Positions 1 through 9,144 of a DNA stretch of 64,000 bases are shown here, in pieces. How positions within the stretch are numbered: position 1 is the first letter of the stretch; each line of letters begins with the position of its first letter. The DNA lies in NCBI GenBank assembly GCA_035577265.1, contig DATLVR010000095.1, positions 819-64,818 on the forward strand. Reading direction: 5' to 3'. The position numbers were made by a program, and so were the translations under genes. The notes under the pieces were generated by a model. That model had not been told where the DNA came from and did no database searches. It worked only from the letters and a program-made list of their open reading frames with translations. Origin of the DNA: Verrucomicrobiia bacterium (GTDB taxonomy: Bacteria; Verrucomicrobiota; Verrucomicrobiia; Limisphaerales; UBA11358).

Positions 1-1904
1 TCGAAATTGCCGTTGCGTATCACCGGCATTGGTCCCAGCGATGCGCCACTGGAATCGGGCACGTTATCCAGATTAATGGCGGGGCCCGACCAGCCGTTGC
101 CAGGCGCATTACCCGTATTATAGAGATAGTCCATATGATAGGCCACTCGCGAATTGTAAGTGTTGCCGAACATCTTGAGGCCGAAGGCAACGATGCCCAG
201 ATTGGTTTGCAGGAACGACCGTTGGAAACTAACGCTGCCGCTACCTAACTGGCCGGCCTGCGATGATGTCAAGTCGCAATCGTAGCTATAGGGAGAATAC
301 CCGGTGTCGCTGAAGTGCAAGGCGGAGTAAGGCCCAGGCCCATTCCCGGCGTTGTAAGTGAACGAATTGCTGCTGATTTGGAAGTAATTCCCGAAGAATT
401 CATCGCCGGCGGCGTCAGAGTTCGTATCATTATACAATTCCACGCTGATGAACGGCCAGGACGATCCGATCGTAGTGCTGATGAACCTGCAATTTTGCAC
501 CGCGCAGTATTCCGAATTGTCCCGAAACCGAATGTAGTCAGCCAGGCAGTCCTGGAACAGGCAATTGGTCGCCACCACCCCCACGATGTCGTGCGAGGCG
601 TAAATCATGTGTTGATGGTTGCCATTGTTGGCAGTGAGATTGCTGAAGGTGCAGCTGTCCACCGTGACGTCCCGGGTGCCGTTCACCAAGCCAATGGCTC
701 CGTAAAGGACGTTGGTCAGATTGATGAATTGGCAGTGGGAAAATTCCAGATTCCGGCAGGGCAGGAGACCATCCGGCTGGCAGTTGATACCCCAATACGG
801 TGAGGGGCCGGTGAAGACAATGCCTTGAAATTTGATGTTCTGCGAGCCGACAATATCAATCAGGTCATTCCCGGTGGAACTGAACACCGGGCCATAAAGA
901 TTCACGGCTTGCAAACTTAACTGATGCAACGGTTCACCCATGTCATCCAAATTCACGGTGCCGTTGGTGTATTTGCCGTCCAGCAAATTTATGGTGACGT
1001 TGGTAATTTGCAACCGGTTCTGAATGTCGCTCCAGAACGTTGAACTCACATAACAACCCGCCGCATTAGCAGACGATGTTCCATCGCCCGTGCCGATTGC
1101 TTTAGGCGCCACCCAATAACTGTTGGCAATGCTTGGCATTTGTGTGACGGAAAGCGTCCAATAATTCCATTGGATTCCGGCGATGTTTTGCCCGGCGAAA
1201 CTTGTCTGACCAATCCCGGCAAATCCGATTGGTGGATTCCCGGCAGTATACGTGTAGTTGGTGCCCATTTGAGTGCCGCCAACGACGTCGGCGCCCGCTA
1301 TCGTGCCCCCCAAATACGCCGACACCGTCCATATGGGTGCAATCGTATTTAAAACGATCGTTAAATTGGTGGTTCCCGCGGGAATTACGATGGTGTTGCC
1401 CAGTGATGATCCTGTTCCCCGCCCCCCGTAAACGCCTTGAGCTGTATTGGCTCTAATACCCATCCACGCATAGCCACCCGGAGGATTATCAGTGAACCGA
1501 ACACTGATTCCAGTAGCCATGTTAGTCTGTGGAGCCGACTGTGCGAAACCCATTGCAACCCAATTGGGCATGCCTGACGGCAATGCGATCGAAGCGGTCA
1601 TGAAATAAACGCATCCGGGTTGCGGCGTGAACGGCAGGAGGGCGCAGCCTCCATTGGTGGCAATGGTGCCGTTCTGCAAAATAGTGCCATTCGTTGGGTC
1701 GGGCACGTTGTTTGTATATGTGCAAATCCACTTCGCGTTAGAGACACCGCCGAGGAGGGTGTTGGCCTTGGAGGGTGCCGTTTTGTTAAGCGTCTGCACC
1801 GGCCCGTTAAAGAAGTTGGAATAGATGAGGCTCTGCGCGTTTCCCATGGAGCAGCAGAACGTCGCCATGATTCCCGTTAACAGCAAGTTTCTAGTTGTTT
1901 TCAA
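1..1904 (-). CDS. Secreted protein with an N-terminal lectin-like module and a right-handed parallel beta-helix (pectate-lyase fold); partial, 3' end runs off the window
   Basis: Absent from the ORF track because there is no stop in the window. My translation of the minus strand gives TTG(1904)-KTTRNLLLTGIMATFCCSMGNAQSLIYSNFFNG..., open to position 1. The N-terminus parallels MKTMRNLLLAGLIPLFCCSIGNAQIIYSNAF of the 6174..8951 gene. The distal part has beta-helix-type repeats: NLEFSHCQFINLTNV, VTVDSCTFSNLTANNGNHQHMIY, VATNCLFQDC, CAVQNCRFIS. Confidence 0.7.
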   Translation of the reverse strand, partial: MKTTRNLLLTGIMATFCCSMGNAQSLIYSNFFNGPVQTLNKTAPSKANTLLGGVSNAKWICTYTNNVPDPTNGTILQNGTIATNGGCALLPFTPQPGCVYFMTASIALPSGMPNWVAMGFAQSAPQTNMATGISVRFTDNPPGGYAWMGIRANTAQGVYGGRGTGSSLGNTIVIPAGTTNLTIVLNTIAPIWTVSAYLGGTIAGADVVGGTQMGTNYTYTAGNPPIGFAGIGQTSFAGQNIAGIQWNYWTLSVTQMPSIANSYWVAPKAIGTGDGTSSANAAGCYVSSTFWSDIQNRLQITNVTINLLDGKYTNGTVNLDDMGEPLHQLSLQAVNLYGPVFSSTGNDLIDIVGSQNIKFQGIVFTGPSPYWGINCQPDGLLPCRNLEFSHCQFINLTNVLYGAIGLVNGTRDVTVDSCTFSNLTANNGNHQHMIYASHDIVGVVATNCLFQDCLADYIRFRDNSEYCAVQNCRFISTTIGSSWPFISVELYNDTNSDAAGDEFFGNYFQISSNSFTYNAGNGPGPYSALHFSDTGYSPYSYDCDLTSSQAGQLGSGSVSFQRSFLQTNLGIVAFGLKMFGNTYNSRVAYHMDYLYNTGNAPGNGWSGPAINLDNVPDSSGASLGPMPVIRNGNF

Positions 1905-2193
1905 GTTAATTTATTCGATCCGGATTAAACAATTGGATCTTCGTTACGCCACTACAGCTCTGATAGAGCAAGTCGAATTAATGATGTTCAAAATCATCCA
2001 TGCAACGCCAACCATCCCTGCCCTCAATTGAGGGCAGGCTGACGCTTACAATCTGCCGCTTTTGGCCAACCTCATAATGAATAAACAAATTGGCCAGTCG
2101 CCTGGCGACAGTCTGGCAGCCTTTACATTCATAAAATTGCAAAACATTGATGGCGCACAGATTAGAATAATTGCCCATAATCCCTCCCTGCAC

Positions 2194-5100
2194 TCATGGC
2201 GTTGAATAACGATAGAACCGCTGAGCTTGAGTGAGGATATCGTTCCACATGAATGGGCTGCTCGTAATCAGTCCGCCGGCCAACAACGTCCAGTTGGTGT
2301 TTGGCAGTGTCAGATCGGGGCTGGTCCAAAGTGAATAAGGCAAACCGATATTGCCGGCAATAGCCAAACTGAATCCGCCATTAGTAAGCGGTGATACAGA
2401 TTGAATGACAGGAGGATTGGCAGGAAGCAGGCGGACGGCCTCGCCTCGCGAGGCGTCCAAGGTCATTGTCAATGTCATCGTGGAATCCACCACCAAACGA
2501 TCAATGCGAACATGCGTGCGCGTTGGCACCGACGGGTCCTGTGAATAGATGTTCTCAACGTATTTCTGTCCAGGCGTCAAAAAGTTTAGCGGCACGCTAA
2601 AGGTGCGCGTCGTGTTTGCGTTCATGGCGCCAATGAACCATTGCGTGCCGGTGCGCCGGGCGATGATGGCGTATTGGCCGATGCTGCCCTGCAATACCTG
2701 GGTTTCGTCCCAAACACCCGGTATATAATCGTAAAATTCCATTTCCGGCACTTCGGTGATCATGGCATTGCCGCCGTTGACATACCCGTAAGAGTTGGTG
2801 GGACGGTCATACCAGTAAAGATACTGCCACGGGCTGTAGAAACAGACCGCCTTGGCCAGTTGGTAGGCATAACTCCAGTTGTTGGTGACCCGCTGTTCAA
2901 AGTAACAGACGGTGTGGTCGGCCCCGCCAGCCAACATGCGGGAAAAGAGCAACGTCGTATCTTGAGTGGTGGTGGGCGTTGTTTCGTCGCCACTAATGCC
3001 TTCCACGGTCATGAAATTGGGATAGGTGCGCGTGTAACCGGACGGACGAAATTCATCATGCACTTCCAGCATCATCTGATTGCTGGCGCAGATACGCGCA
3101 GCGGCGTTCACAGTTGCGGTGACCGGTTGCGGGCCGACGCTGACGAAGCCATACTTGATGCCTTTCACACCCCAACTATGGTAAAGCGGCGGAAGCAGGG
3201 TCAGTTCATTGGTCATGGCCTTCCAGTTGACGTAAAGGATCACGCCAATGTTATTCGAGGCGGCATAACTGATAACGCCCGGCAGGTCCAGCGAACCTAC
3301 GGCATTGGTAGCCGTAAGGGTTGAATTTTCCGGCCCATACCAGCCAGCGTCAAATTCAATGTATTGTATATTGTGTTTGGCCGCAAAATCCACACAAGCC
3401 ATGCCGCTGACGGTTTTCAGCGTTGTCTCACGAATCACTTTGCCGGGCTTGATCCAGGAAGTGTTTGTCAGGGCACAGGGAGCGTTAAGGTTCAAGACGA
3501 AGAAATTGTTTTCCAAAAGCTGGCCGGGACTGTCGGCGGCCATAATGAACCGCCACGGTGTGGTTAATGGCAACGAGTTGGTCACCGGGCCGTCGAGCAA
3601 ACTGACGAGGCTGTAGGGCTTGCCTGCAAGCGGGGCAAGCTTCATCCGTGAATAATCCACCAGCCCGGCTTCGCCGAGAGCAACATACGAGTTGGTGGCC
3701 AACTGAACCGTCAGCGGTCGTTCACAACCGCTGGCAATGCCGCTGATGGTGGTTTTGGAATAAATGCCCTGTGCCGTGTAAGTGGCCCAAGTGGGATGGT
3801 CAGCAGCGAAGCGAAACTCCGTCTGCTCTGTAAGGCTGGTCACGCCAGCCAATCCTGTCTGCGATGGAATGGTGTAACTGAAAGCCACGCCTTCATTGTA
3901 AGCGCGAAAGGTCAATTGCAACAGACGGTAAGGTGGAACGGTTTCCTGCAAATTCACCACGAGCTGGCTATAGCTGTCACGCATCGGGCTTTTCTCCCCG
4001 TAAACCGGTTGCCACGTGCCATCGTTTGTGCTGTTGCTCTTGCTCAAGACTGCCAAATAATCTTGCAGCAAGCCGTCGCCGTCAAAGGTCAGCCCCAACT
4101 TTGCGGTAGTGACGATTGTCTGTCCATTGCGAGTCAAGCTATAGACCGGACAACTCGCCGAACCATCAAAATTACTGACGGCGAATGTCAATACCAAGCT
4201 GCCATCGGGCGATGTCAGTTGGCTGGGAGGAGCATTAGTGATGTTAGGCAGAACTGTTAAGCTCACCACCGCGCTCGTGACCGCACCGTAAGTATTCGTC
4301 ACAACAACATAATAATTGGTCCCGGCGTCGCTGGCTGACACGGGACCAATTATTAACGAGGAATTGGTGGTGCCATCAATGGGGACATTGTTGGTGAACC
4401 ACTGGTAGAAGAGCGGCCCGCCGCTGGCGTCGGCAATCACCGATACCGTGTTGGTGCAGATGCCACCCACGGCCACAGCCTGTGACACCGGCTGCTGAGT
4501 AATGACCGGCAGCAGCGCCGTGGAAAGCGTCAAATAATTCCAGTGGATCCCCGCACTGGAACTCACGGTGGTTTGACCAATTCCAACCGCACTGATTGCC
4601 GGGTTGGCACTATAGGTATAGTCTGCCCCTACTTGAGTGCCATCAATAAACTCAGATGCAATCCAATTAGCACGAGTCGTATCCAATTTAAAGCCAATAG
4701 TGTAGGTTCCTGGCGTCGGCATCAACTGCGCATTGCCGACTTCGTGGCTTCGGTCGTAGAAAAAATGGTCACCTGCCGGCCCGATGCGCAAGTATGTCCA
4801 CGGGTTGCCGCTTACGGCTGCGTCATTGAACCGCGGGGTTGCACTATTCGCGGGGTTGTTTGCCCCAAAACCCATCGTGATCCAGTTACCCGGATCAGTT
4901 GTGAAAGTCACCGAAGCGGTCAGGGTGTAAATGTAACCGGACTGCGGCGTAAACGGCAAAAGGCAGCTGTTTTGGGTTGGGCCAACGGTGCCGTCTGTAG
5001 ACATGTATGCTCCAGCGCTGGCATTGTTACTTACGATATTCCACTGCGCGCCACTGTTGCCGCCCGCGACGTTGTTGGCCACCGTGGGTGCTGATCCCTC

Positions 5101-6054
5101 AATGCTCACTCCACTACTGCCACTAGTGAAGTCGTTGGAATAGATGATTTGCGCGTTTCCAACGGCATTCGCCGACGAAGCCAGCTTGGCCTGCTGATAC
5201 GTCCAACCCAACAGGCTGGGATTGCCCGATTGTGCGGGATAATTGACCGCCGCCGCGGAGATGCCGTGACCGCCGGTGGCAAACTCGGTGTAAAGCGGGT
5301 GGCCGCCGACCGCTTGCAACGCACTGACCATCTGCCGCGTGCCGGTCACGGGAACGGTGGGATCATTGGCCGCATGAAACGTCCAGATGGGCAGGCCTTT
5401 GATAATCGCTGCCTTGGTCGGATCGGTTCCGCCCATGAGGGGAATCACCGCTGCCCAGAGCGTTGGATAGCGAACCGCCGCCTCCCACGCGCCATAGCCA
5501 CCCATGGATTCACCCACCAGATAGATGCGCTTGGGATCAATCGGCTGGGTTTGTTGCAGCGATTTCACCAGTTCAACCATCATGCGCATACTGGGAGTGG
5601 CGTTTGCCTTCATGGTGTAAGGCGTGTTGGCAAAATTTTCCACGCCGTTCGTCGTGTTGTCCGCCCAGAGCCGGTTGGTCGGCATCACTGGCGCGAGCAC
5701 GAACAATGGATGCGCCAGTTGATTGGTTGCCCGCGCCCAAATTTGCGCGGCCTCGCGTAGAGATGCAGCCGTGGTGTCCGTGCCCCGGTTGCCCGACCCG
5801 TGCAAAAACACCACCAGCGGATAGTTGGTGCCGGGTTGGAGGCCCCCCGGCGTGAATAACGCGTAACGGTTGCTTTGGTTGGGATTGCTGGTGCTGATGA
5901 AGGGAATGTTCTGCTGGAAGTTGACGGTCTCAGCCAGTCCTGCGCCGGGCAGAAGAAATCCAAGCCATGCCAGTCGCCACAACCCAGATGTTTGTTTCCA
6001 GCATGGGTTTTTCATAAAATCATTTTCAGCGGATTCATTTTTTCGGGAGGTCAA
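2194..6054 (-). CDS. Multidomain secreted enzyme: CE1-like esterase + lectin-like module + Ig-like domain + GH97 glycosidase + conserved C-terminal domain
   Basis: 1286-aa ORF. aa ~60-270 is an alpha/beta-hydrolase: VVFLHGSGNRG, GESMGGYGAW (GxSxG), FHAANDPTVP, GGHG. aa ~300-512 is the shared lectin-like module. aa ~515-602 is Ig-like: PLFYQWFTNNVPIDG...DAGTNYYVVVTN. aa ~610-1200 is GH97: VDFAAKHNIQYIEFDAGWYG, WGVKGIKYGFV, EVHDEFRPSGYTRTYPNFMTVEGISGDE. The tail ends ...QRFYRYSTP. The start could instead be the internal MKNPCWK (6015). Confidence 0.85.
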   Translation of the reverse strand: MTSRKNESAENDFMKNPCWKQTSGLWRLAWLGFLLPGAGLAETVNFQQNIPFISTSNPNQSNRYALFTPGGLQPGTNYPLVVFLHGSGNRGTDTTAASLREAAQIWARATNQLAHPLFVLAPVMPTNRLWADNTTNGVENFANTPYTMKANATPSMRMMVELVKSLQQTQPIDPKRIYLVGESMGGYGAWEAAVRYPTLWAAVIPLMGGTDPTKAAIIKGLPIWTFHAANDPTVPVTGTRQMVSALQAVGGHPLYTEFATGGHGISAAAVNYPAQSGNPSLLGWTYQQAKLASSANAVGNAQIIYSNDFTSGSSGVSIEGSAPTVANNVAGGNSGAQWNIVSNNASAGAYMSTDGTVGPTQNSCLLPFTPQSGYIYTLTASVTFTTDPGNWITMGFGANNPANSATPRFNDAAVSGNPWTYLRIGPAGDHFFYDRSHEVGNAQLMPTPGTYTIGFKLDTTRANWIASEFIDGTQVGADYTYSANPAISAVGIGQTTVSSSAGIHWNYLTLSTALLPVITQQPVSQAVAVGGICTNTVSVIADASGGPLFYQWFTNNVPIDGTTNSSLIIGPVSASDAGTNYYVVVTNTYGAVTSAVVSLTVLPNITNAPPSQLTSPDGSLVLTFAVSNFDGSASCPVYSLTRNGQTIVTTAKLGLTFDGDGLLQDYLAVLSKSNSTNDGTWQPVYGEKSPMRDSYSQLVVNLQETVPPYRLLQLTFRAYNEGVAFSYTIPSQTGLAGVTSLTEQTEFRFAADHPTWATYTAQGIYSKTTISGIASGCERPLTVQLATNSYVALGEAGLVDYSRMKLAPLAGKPYSLVSLLDGPVTNSLPLTTPWRFIMAADSPGQLLENNFFVLNLNAPCALTNTSWIKPGKVIRETTLKTVSGMACVDFAAKHNIQYIEFDAGWYGPENSTLTATNAVGSLDLPGVISYAASNNIGVILYVNWKAMTNELTLLPPLYHSWGVKGIKYGFVSVGPQPVTATVNAAARICASNQMMLEVHDEFRPSGYTRTYPNFMTVEGISGDETTPTTTQDTTLLFSRMLAGGADHTVCYFEQRVTNNWSYAYQLAKAVCFYSPWQYLYWYDRPTNSYGYVNGGNAMITEVPEMEFYDYIPGVWDETQVLQGSIGQYAIIARRTGTQWFIGAMNANTTRTFSVPLNFLTPGQKYVENIYSQDPSVPTRTHVRIDRLVVDSTMTLTMTLDASRGEAVRLLPANPPVIQSVSPLTNGGFSLAIAGNIGLPYSLWTSPDLTLPNTNWTLLAGGLITSSPFMWNDILTQAQRFYRYSTP

Positions 6055-6111
6055 ATGAAACCATATTCATCGCCTGGTTCCGGCAGGTTTGTTTTATTTT
6101 CAATTTTTAAC

Positions 6112-6161
6112 TTTTAAAACCCGCGCAGGCTTCAGGATGTTTTACCCAAAGCTCGCGCGGG
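6112..6161 (-). terminator. Putative intrinsic terminator after the GH79-like gene
   Basis: On the minus strand, just after the stop at 6174: CCCGCGC(GA)GCTT ...loop... AAGC(CT)GCGCGGG followed by TTTTAAAAG. The stem is 7 bp + 4 bp with a 2-nt mismatch. The loop is long, so this is tentative. Confidence 0.35.
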
Positions 6162-6173
6162 ATAATAGGGACG

Positions 6174-8951
6174 TTATTGCCAGATGAGGAATGTGTCTCC
6201 AGCGCTTCCGTAACCGAATGTAATATCGGCGCCACCACCGTTATTCGAATTGCGCAACAACCAAGTGTTCCCACGCACTATACCGGGCGTGAACGTGCCA
6301 TTGCCATCCCAATCGCCGGTAATCGGAATGTCTCCCGACACGTAACCGCCATACGTATAGACAATATCGGCACCGCCTCCATTATTTGAATTGCGCAGAT
6401 TCCATGTCCACTGGCTGCTGGTATTGGTGGAAACAATACCGGGAGTGAAGGTGCCATTGCCATCCCAGTCGCCGACAATCGGGATGCCTCCCCCATCAGC
6501 ACGGCCATAGGTATAGACAATATCGGCGCCGCCGCCCGCGTTCGAATTGCGCAGATTCCATGTCCATTGGCCGACGGAATTGGTGCGGATTATACCTGGC
6601 GTCATGGTTCCGTTGCCATCCCAGTCGCCGACCACCAGCACGTCTCCCGGAAGGGCAGTGCCATAGGCAAAGTCGTAATCGGCACCGCCGCCATCATTCT
6701 TATTGTGCAGCAACCATTCCCACTGGCCGGAGGTATTGATGCGCACTACACCGGGCGACCACGTGCCGTCGCCGTCCCAGTCACCCATGAGAAAGTTGGT
6801 GTCAGTGCTGCTTCCCCAGTGATAGCTGTAGTCAGCAGGGCCGGTGGTCAAGTCTTCGCGCAGGTTGAAGATGGGTCCCGAAGTAACAACTGCCGGCTTG
6901 GATCCAACGGTAATCGGAATCAACAAAACGGCGCTGATAGGCGGCACACCCACCGTCACTTGCCCACTTGGCGCCGACAGCACCGATTGCACGGCGCCAG
7001 CCCACGAGCCGTCCAGATTGATTGGCGCGCCGCCGAGTGTATAGCCGTTGGTGCAGTAGAGGTTTGGACTCGTCAACGTAATCATTGCTACGCTGGCGAC
7101 ACCCGACCCCAAGCTGACGGCCGCGTTCACCGTGTCATTCACCTCCTTGTTGATCAGCAGGGCGCTCCTCCCACCGCTCGTGCAGTTCACGCCATACGCC
7201 GTGAAATTGATACCCGAAGCCCCCGTAATGGTAGCCGGAACGGCGTAGCCCGTCGGAATCATCGAAAACATTCCCATTCCGTAAAATTCCCCATGCACCG
7301 CCGTGACATTCCCAACTCCGTCGTCGGTAATAGGCGAATAAGGGCTTTTGCCGCCACCATGAAAATTGACGCCTTGGACGCCATCTTGCGCCGCCGTGCC
7401 CATAAAATCCAGCGACCAGAGCGCGGCGCCGTAAACGTCGCTCACATCGAGAGTGCCGCCTGCGGAAAATGAGGCACATTCACTTATGCGGGAGCCGTTT
7501 GCGCAGTGCCCTAATGCTGCCCCCACGATGTTAGTCGATAATGTGTGCAAGAATGGATCCGCTGTCAGCATCGTTTGCATGGTGTTGACAGGCTGGCCAC
7601 CGGTGCCCCGATAGTAATGTTGGGTCAGCAACGAAGCCACTCCCGACTCATCGCTGGCAAACGGGTCCGTGATTGCCGATAATTGGCCTTGTCCCGCGTC
7701 GGCACCGTCAAGGATCCAGCCATTGCCACCATTGGTAACGGCCCAGCCCGGCACGTGATTTGTAATGGCGGCCGCCAAAATCCGCCAGTGCCCACGAAAA
7801 GCGCTATAACTGAAATTGGGATAAAATTCAGGTTCGTTTCCAATTTCAAAGCCGAGCAGTCTGGATCCCAGCGCTTGGTGCGCATAAACTGCTTCGCCTT
7901 CGACATTGTCCGCGGTGTTGTGGAGATAATTGATGCCGTAAATCACAGACACGTTTCCAGGCAGCGCGTTGATAAATCCGGCAAGCCTATCTACTTGGGC
8001 CGCTGTAATTGGAATGGTGTTCGATATCCCGTTCCAGCCCGTCGTATCCACGGTGCCGCCACCGATGCGCAAGACAAGAGGTCCCATCAAGCTTAACAAA
8101 TTCACCAGCGGGAGGTTGTTGGAGCTGAAATAATTGGCGTTGGTCATCTGCAATTTCTCGTAGCTCATTCCGACGAACCCCGGGTAAAAATGCCAGCCCG
8201 TGCCCGAGAAACTTACCGTGGCATTAACCGTGCTCGTGCTCCTCGTCCCGGTGGCTTCAAGCGCCAAATAATTCCATTTAATCCCGGTGCTGGAACTCAG
8301 GGCGGTTTGGCCAACTCCAATTCCAGTGATGTCGGGGTTGGTGCTATAGGTATAGGTTGTTCCGATTTGAGTGCCATTTACAAATTCAGATGCTTTCCAT
8401 GAACTACCGGTCGTATCCAACTTTAGTTGCACTGTGTAGGTTCCCGCCGTCGGCATCAAATTGGCATTGCCAGTGGTCGTTCCTCTGAGGGGGTAAAAAA
8501 AGCAACCTCCGGTTCCCTCGGTCAAATACGTCCACGGGTTGCCGCTTACCTGCGTGCTTCCGAATCGCGGGTCTGAAGCAGTATTAAGGAGTGGGTTGTA
8601 TTCCGCAAAACCCATTGTGATCCATTTGCCGGCCGTCATGGTTGGCACCGTCACTGAAGCTGACAGGGTGTAAACATAACCGTTCTCCGGCGTAAATGGC
8701 ATGAGGGAGGTGGTCATACCTGTGCCAACGGTGCCATCTTGGTGCAGGAATGACGTAGCACTGTTGCTCAAGCTATTCCAATGTGGGCCACTGATACCGC
8801 CAGCGTCGTTGGTGGACACCTGGGGCACAAATCTGTTAATGCCAGATGCCCCCCCGTTAAAGGCGTTGGAATAGATGATTTGGGCGTTTCCAATCGAGCA
8901 GCAGAACAAAGGTATTAGTCCCGCCAAAAGCAGGTTTCTCATCGTTTTCAT
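6174..8951 (-). CDS. Secreted GH79-like (clan GH-A) glycosidase with N-terminal lectin-like module and C-terminal FG-GAP-type repeats
   Basis: The ORF track extends to 9047. The likely start is MKTMRNLLLAGLIPLFCCSIGNAQ (ATG 8951), a signal peptide. The lectin-like module lies at ~8250-8888. The catalytic part has LRIGGGTVD, GFEIGNEPEFYP (acid/base-type NEP), HYYRG and RISECASFSAGG (nucleophile-type E), resembling GH79/heparanase-like TIM barrels. The C-terminus carries 4 GDWDG(D/N)GT repeats. Confidence 0.65.
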   Translation of the reverse strand: MKTMRNLLLAGLIPLFCCSIGNAQIIYSNAFNGGASGINRFVPQVSTNDAGGISGPHWNSLSNSATSFLHQDGTVGTGMTTSLMPFTPENGYVYTLSASVTVPTMTAGKWITMGFAEYNPLLNTASDPRFGSTQVSGNPWTYLTEGTGGCFFYPLRGTTTGNANLMPTAGTYTVQLKLDTTGSSWKASEFVNGTQIGTTYTYSTNPDITGIGVGQTALSSSTGIKWNYLALEATGTRSTSTVNATVSFSGTGWHFYPGFVGMSYEKLQMTNANYFSSNNLPLVNLLSLMGPLVLRIGGGTVDTTGWNGISNTIPITAAQVDRLAGFINALPGNVSVIYGINYLHNTADNVEGEAVYAHQALGSRLLGFEIGNEPEFYPNFSYSAFRGHWRILAAAITNHVPGWAVTNGGNGWILDGADAGQGQLSAITDPFASDESGVASLLTQHYYRGTGGQPVNTMQTMLTADPFLHTLSTNIVGAALGHCANGSRISECASFSAGGTLDVSDVYGAALWSLDFMGTAAQDGVQGVNFHGGGKSPYSPITDDGVGNVTAVHGEFYGMGMFSMIPTGYAVPATITGASGINFTAYGVNCTSGGRSALLINKEVNDTVNAAVSLGSGVASVAMITLTSPNLYCTNGYTLGGAPINLDGSWAGAVQSVLSAPSGQVTVGVPPISAVLLIPITVGSKPAVVTSGPIFNLREDLTTGPADYSYHWGSSTDTNFLMGDWDGDGTWSPGVVRINTSGQWEWLLHNKNDGGGADYDFAYGTALPGDVLVVGDWDGNGTMTPGIIRTNSVGQWTWNLRNSNAGGGADIVYTYGRADGGGIPIVGDWDGNGTFTPGIVSTNTSSQWTWNLRNSNNGGGADIVYTYGGYVSGDIPITGDWDGNGTFTPGIVRGNTWLLRNSNNGGGADITFGYGSAGDTFLIWQ
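6177..6790 (-). repeat. Four tandem ~52-aa (~156-bp) FG-GAP/VCBS-like coding repeats
   Basis: The repeat unit is GDWDG[DN]GT-x-[ST]PG[IV][IV]R.N..GQW.W.L.N.N.GGGAD..[FY].YG. It recurs at aa 755, 807, 859 and 911 of the 957-aa ORF; the last unit is shortened. Confidence 0.8.
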
Positions 8952-9144
8952 AGCTTGGTTAACTTCCATGTCCAGTGCCAGCGTGGAGGCAAACACCGCC
9001 GCACGACGGAAGATTGTATTGTTGAAGTATTGGATTGGTTTTTTCATAGCCAGTCTTTCATTCTGGTTGAGTTGTTGGTTTGTTTCTTTGTTTGAAGGCG
9101 GCTGAACGAGCGGTCTCAGTTCGACCCAAATTGGATGTGCCCTT

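Noticed and set aside
6177-6790. Regularly spaced repeats considered as a possible CRISPR array
   Set aside because: The repeats are ~156 bp, imperfect, in frame and encode GDWDGNGT-type protein repeats inside a long ORF. There is no short direct repeat/spacer structure and there are no cas genes.
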